DNA of 64,000 nucleotides from an uncultured Verrucomicrobiae bacterium (GTDB lineage Bacteria; Verrucomicrobiota; Verrucomicrobiia; Chthoniobacterales; UBA10450): NCBI GenBank assembly GCA_963772365.1, contig CAVYXA010000001.1, positions 1,088,001 to 1,152,000 of the forward strand, read 5' to 3'. Shown piece by piece: positions 60,884 to 64,000 of this stretch (position 1 is its first letter; each line of letters starts with the position of its first letter). The notes under the pieces were generated by a model. It saw only the letters and a program-made list of their open reading frames with translations, ran no database searches and was not told where the DNA came from. The position numbers and the translations under genes were made by a program.

Positions 60884-60935
60884 GGTCTGTTCAGGAGATT
60901 GTTCTAGTGAATCATAGACTCGGCAAGGAACGAAA

Positions 60936-61421
60936 TTACTCTTCGCCGTCGTAGTAATCGGTCTCTTTGGCGTTTACGATTATTTCTTCCTCCGCCTCCT
61001 TGATTACGGCGAACTTTCCGCTGTCGGGATAAAAACAAGTATCGCCGCGCGGGTTATCGGCGATCACGTAATAGACGAAATTCTCGTTCCCGGCGTTGGT
61101 GAGCTGATGGGCTTCGCCCGGTCCGAAGAAAAACGAGTCGCCCGCTTCGACTTCTGTCGTGCCGGATTTATCGCGCACCTTTCCGCGGCCGGAAACCACG
61201 AGATAAAGCTCCGTTTCAGACGAATGCGAGTGATACGGGCAATAAACTTTGCCCGCTGGAATGCGCACCAGAGCGAGATCAAACGGCTGACGTTTGGTCA
61301 AATCGAGCGAGTCCGGCTCGCGCCCGAGCGCGATGGAAATGTCCTTCACGAACTTGTGAAATTTTCCGCTGGGCGATTTCCGCTCGTTCTCCGGGATTTT
61401 TTTTATGTTCACTTTGTGCAT
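60936..61421 (-). CDS. Cupin domain protein
   Basis: PYHSHSSETELY.V.SG.G, GEAHQL.N and YPDSGK motifs. Confidence 0.9.
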   Translation of the reverse strand: MHKVNIKKIPENERKSPSGKFHKFVKDISIALGREPDSLDLTKRQPFDLALVRIPAGKVYCPYHSHSSETELYLVVSGRGKVRDKSGTTEVEAGDSFFFGPGEAHQLTNAGNENFVYYVIADNPRGDTCFYPDSGKFAVIKEAEEEIIVNAKETDYYDGEE

Positions 61422-61550
61422 ACAACGAAATCTATTATCGCGGTCGGGTTGATCATGGAAGCCATTTCGTGAAGCGATCAACAACGTTCACCGAAACAAT
61501 TGGCGATTCCACAATGCGGCGCGCCAGGCGGTCGCGCCCCACCAATCGTC

Positions 61551-61805
61551 CTAATCGGAGATTGCTCGCCTTCGTCTGGCTATAGAAAAGAGAGCGATGG
61601 CGATCCAAATCATGTTCACGAAGGATGAGGGATACGCTCTGTAAAAGATCGTGTTCGCCGCCAGCAACATGCTGCCGGCGATGTTGAGAAACTGGTAAGT
61701 AATCGAGTCGCCTTCCAATTTCCTGGCGGAAACCATTGCGTAAGCGACAAGCAGAGCCGCTGCTCCGATCCATCCAATTCCATCGAACCACAAATGATTA
61801 TTCAT
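61551..61805 (-). CDS. Small three-TM membrane protein (CBU_0592-like)
   Basis: GWIG...L.AY, YQ.LN..GS and N..W patterns. Confidence 0.8.
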   Translation of the reverse strand: MNNHLWFDGIGWIGAAALLVAYAMVSARKLEGDSITYQFLNIAGSMLLAANTIFYRAYPSSFVNMIWIAIALFSIARRRRAISD

Positions 61806-61830
61806 GTTAATGCTTTGTGCTAAAAGCTTA

Positions 61831-61951
61831 TGTCATTCTGATCCCGCAGTCGCGGGAGAAGAACCTCTGATTATTTTCCGGAGAGCAATAGAATGAGATG
61901 TTTCGCTTCGCTCAATTCGCCGCAGCACAAATCCGCCGTGGCGACGTCACA
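61831..61951. repeat. GTCA-type REP-like doublet with two nested mini-palindromes
   Basis: Spacer shared with the 60800 copy; inserts TCCCGCAGTCGCGGGA and TTCGCCGCAGCACAAATCCGCCGTGGCG. Confidence 0.8.
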
Positions 61952-62026
61952 ACAATATACGCGCGACTGCCCTTTATAACTTCCACTTTCTCGGCAGTCT
62001 GCTGTTCTGATTTTTGAGGCGGAGTC

Positions 62027-62470
62027 TCATGTCGATTTAACGGGGGATACTCGGAAAGGGTTCAAGACCTTTAGTTCACCAATCGTTTGGCCATGTTGCA
62101 GATCCTCGGAATAAAGAGTGCGGCAACCGGATTGGAGAGCGGCCGCGATAATGAGCGAGTCGTAAAACGAGGAACGAACACTGGTCTGCACCTCGAGAGC
62201 CTGGCGGTAGAGCGCAATCGTGGGAAAGCTTTCGCACAGCGGTGATAAAACGGCATCGAGATAGGCGCGGCTTTCGTCGAGAGTCATGGGTCGCTCGAAC
62301 TTAGCGGTAGCAACATTGAGAAATTCCTGCACGACCTGGGCGCTAATCACCCCCAGATGATCATCAAGCGCTTTTCCGACCAGCGCCTCCGCTATCTTCT
62401 GCTTGCGACGATCACGGCGATCGAAGCAATAGACGAACACGTTTGTGTCCAGAAAATATCTAGCGGGCAT
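62027..62470 (-). CDS. vapC: PIN-domain toxin (VapC family)
   Basis: FLDTNVFVY, S.QV.QEF, SFYDSLIIAAAL and LYSEDLQHGQ. Confidence 0.92.
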   Translation of the reverse strand: MPARYFLDTNVFVYCFDRRDRRKQKIAEALVGKALDDHLGVISAQVVQEFLNVATAKFERPMTLDESRAYLDAVLSPLCESFPTIALYRQALEVQTSVRSSFYDSLIIAAALQSGCRTLYSEDLQHGQTIGELKVLNPFRVSPVKST

Positions 62471-62678
62471 TTAGCTCTTCGCGCGAAAATCGCCGCCCGG
62501 CAGATACGTGTTTCAATTTCCGGGTCAAATCGCGGTATCGAGACGTGCGAGCGCCTTTGCCTACATAGCTGGCAAGCCACTCACGGAACACCATGTTCAA
62601 AGTTTTGCGTTCGCGCTGCGCACGTTCCCGCGCTTGCGCGATCAATCGCTCTTCGGCGCTCAAAGTGATATTCTTCAT
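62460..62678 (-). CDS. Antitoxin (RHH/DUF6364-like)
   Basis: MKNITLS...LI..AR..A...TLN..FREWL and C-terminal REEL; overlaps the PIN gene. Confidence 0.85.
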   Translation of the reverse strand: MKNITLSAEERLIAQARERAQRERKTLNMVFREWLASYVGKGARTSRYRDLTRKLKHVSAGRRFSREELNAR

Positions 62679-62724
62679 GCCACTGAAATAGTGTGCACAG
62701 ATGTCGTGCTGGCGTCAACTGACC

Positions 62725-63642
62725 CTACACGTTCCACTTCTTGGGCAGCTTTTGTTTCAGTTTTTCGACCGGCTCAAACAGGTCGCCCATTTTTTCGACC
62801 CGGGCCAGCGTTTGATCGGACCGGAATTTTAGCAGCTTCGCTTTTTTCTTTTTCAGACAATTCTCGACCTCGTCCCACGTGACCGGCGTGGACACGGTGG
62901 GTTCTTCCCTGGCCCGCAACGAGTAAACGCAGATCGTTGTCTTGTGTTCGTCGTTCTGGCTCCAATCGACGAAGATTTTTCCTTTGCGCAGCGCCTTCGA
63001 CATTTTCGATACCACAAGATCGACATGTTCCCGCTCGAGATACTCCGCCAGCGCGTGCGAAAGTTCTTTCGTCTGATCGTAAGTGACCGGCGTATTGAGC
63101 GGGATATAGACCTGAAGTCCCTTTGAGCCGCTCGTTTTCGGGAAACTTTTCAATTTCATTTCGCCGAGCAGATCGCGCAGCCAAAGACCGACCTGACAAC
63201 ACTGGACGATGTCGGCCGGCGCACCGGGATCGAGATCGAACACCATCATGGTCGGCCGCTCGATGTTGTTCTTGCGCGAGAGCGAAGTATGCAATTCGAG
63301 ATCGGCCAGGTTCGCCGCCCAAACCAGCGTGGGCAGATCCTGAGCCAGGCAATAATCCATCATCCGATTGTTTCCTTCGCTCCAGACTTTTGCTGTTTTC
63401 ACCCAATTCGGCCGGTGCGACGGGCAATTCTTTTCGTAAAAAAATTCGCCTTCCACACCGTTGGGATAGCGCTTCATGGTGAGCGGGCGATCCTTGAGGT
63501 GCGGCAACAGAACCGGCGCGATGCGGATGTAATAATCGATCAGCTGCGACTTGGTGAAACCGGCCTTCGGATACAAAACCTTGTCGAGGTTCGATACGGA
63601 GAGCTTTTTGCCTTCAACTTCGAGCTGAGCTTTTTGAGCCAT
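62725..63642 (-). CDS. ligD: Stand-alone LigD polymerase (NHEJ primase-polymerase) domain
   Basis: SNLDKVLYP, RYPNG, FYEKN, FDLDPG, KTSGSKGLQ, DWSQN and YSLRAR..P.VSTP..W. Confidence 0.92.
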   Translation of the reverse strand: MAQKAQLEVEGKKLSVSNLDKVLYPKAGFTKSQLIDYYIRIAPVLLPHLKDRPLTMKRYPNGVEGEFFYEKNCPSHRPNWVKTAKVWSEGNNRMMDYCLAQDLPTLVWAANLADLELHTSLSRKNNIERPTMMVFDLDPGAPADIVQCCQVGLWLRDLLGEMKLKSFPKTSGSKGLQVYIPLNTPVTYDQTKELSHALAEYLEREHVDLVVSKMSKALRKGKIFVDWSQNDEHKTTICVYSLRAREEPTVSTPVTWDEVENCLKKKKAKLLKFRSDQTLARVEKMGDLFEPVEKLKQKLPKKWNV

Positions 63643-63661
63643 ACGCTGTGTTGCACGATAC

Positions 63662-63718
63662 AGGTAGGGGCGATTGACCTCAATCGCCCGCGGGCGGTTC
63701 GGTGAACCGCCCCTACCT
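63662..63718. repeat. GTAG-type REP doublet
   Basis: AGGTAGGGGCGATTGACCTCAATCGCCC-GC-GGGCGGTTCGGTGAACCGCCCCTACCT. Confidence 0.85.
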
Positions 63719-63725
63719 CGGCGCG

Positions 63726-64000
63726 TCACGCAAAAAATCGCTCCGGCGAAAGTAATGGCTGCGGTTTGCAGATCCGCGCCACGCAATGTTCCCAGCTTTC
63801 GTGACCGCTCAGGATTTCGATCTCCACTCGCAGAAAATAAATCGGGACCTTAATCTCTGCTGCGGTCAGCCGTGGCATGCGCACGGCGTCCTTCTCGGTG
63901 GTTACGATCATCTCCAGATCGCGCCGGATGCACCGATTGATGAAGCTCTGCAACTCCGGCTCGGTGTAATAGTGATGATCGATGTAGCGCTTGGCCAGAT
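63726..64000 (-). CDS. lpxK: Tetraacyldisaccharide 4'-kinase, C-terminal part; 5' end outside window
   Basis: DHHYY and TTEKDAVR motifs. Confidence 0.85.
   Translation of the reverse strand, partial: LAKRYIDHHYYTEPELQSFINRCIRRDLEMIVTTEKDAVRMPRLTAAEIKVPIYFLRVEIEILSGHESWEHCVARICKPQPLLSPERFFA

Noticed and set aside
62027..63642. vapBC plus LigD-Pol as a defence island or prophage
   Set aside because: Common stand-alone genes; no integrase, att site or phage genes nearby

Overview
Window from a soil-type Verrucomicrobiota genome, probably Chthoniobacterales/Spartobacteria. That assignment is inferred from the 16S gene, a VPxSG-CTERM protein and a dockerin-tailed protein, not from a database search. 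Core content: a putative sphingolipid/phospho-headgroup cluster (Spt-like, GNAT ceramide-synthase-like, two CDP-alcohol phosphotransferases, cytidylyltransferase, SDR, glycosyltransferases, flippase), dnaE, ubiE/menG, pntAB, lolA, a Tat-exported vanadium haloperoxidase, the F1Fo ATP synthase operon with an ORF6N gene inside it, tRNA-Ala and tRNA-Ile, pepE, a stand-alone 16S rRNA gene with its own promoter and terminator, a sigma54-preceded minor-pilin cassette, MscS, cyclophilin, cardiolipin synthase, vapBC, LigD polymerase domain and the lpxK 3' end. The best novel-system candidate is a foreign-looking islet at ~49.6-52.4 kb. It encodes a MACPF-like pore-forming domain fused to a PASTA domain, plus two coupled small helical proteins. 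The window also holds many distinct REP-like palindrome families, a decayed RAYT, two REP-derived in-frame insertions in DnaE, a P450 remnant and a tandem duplication with reciprocal gene loss. Several single-base frameshifts may be sequencing errors. All calls come from reading motifs by eye; no searches were run.
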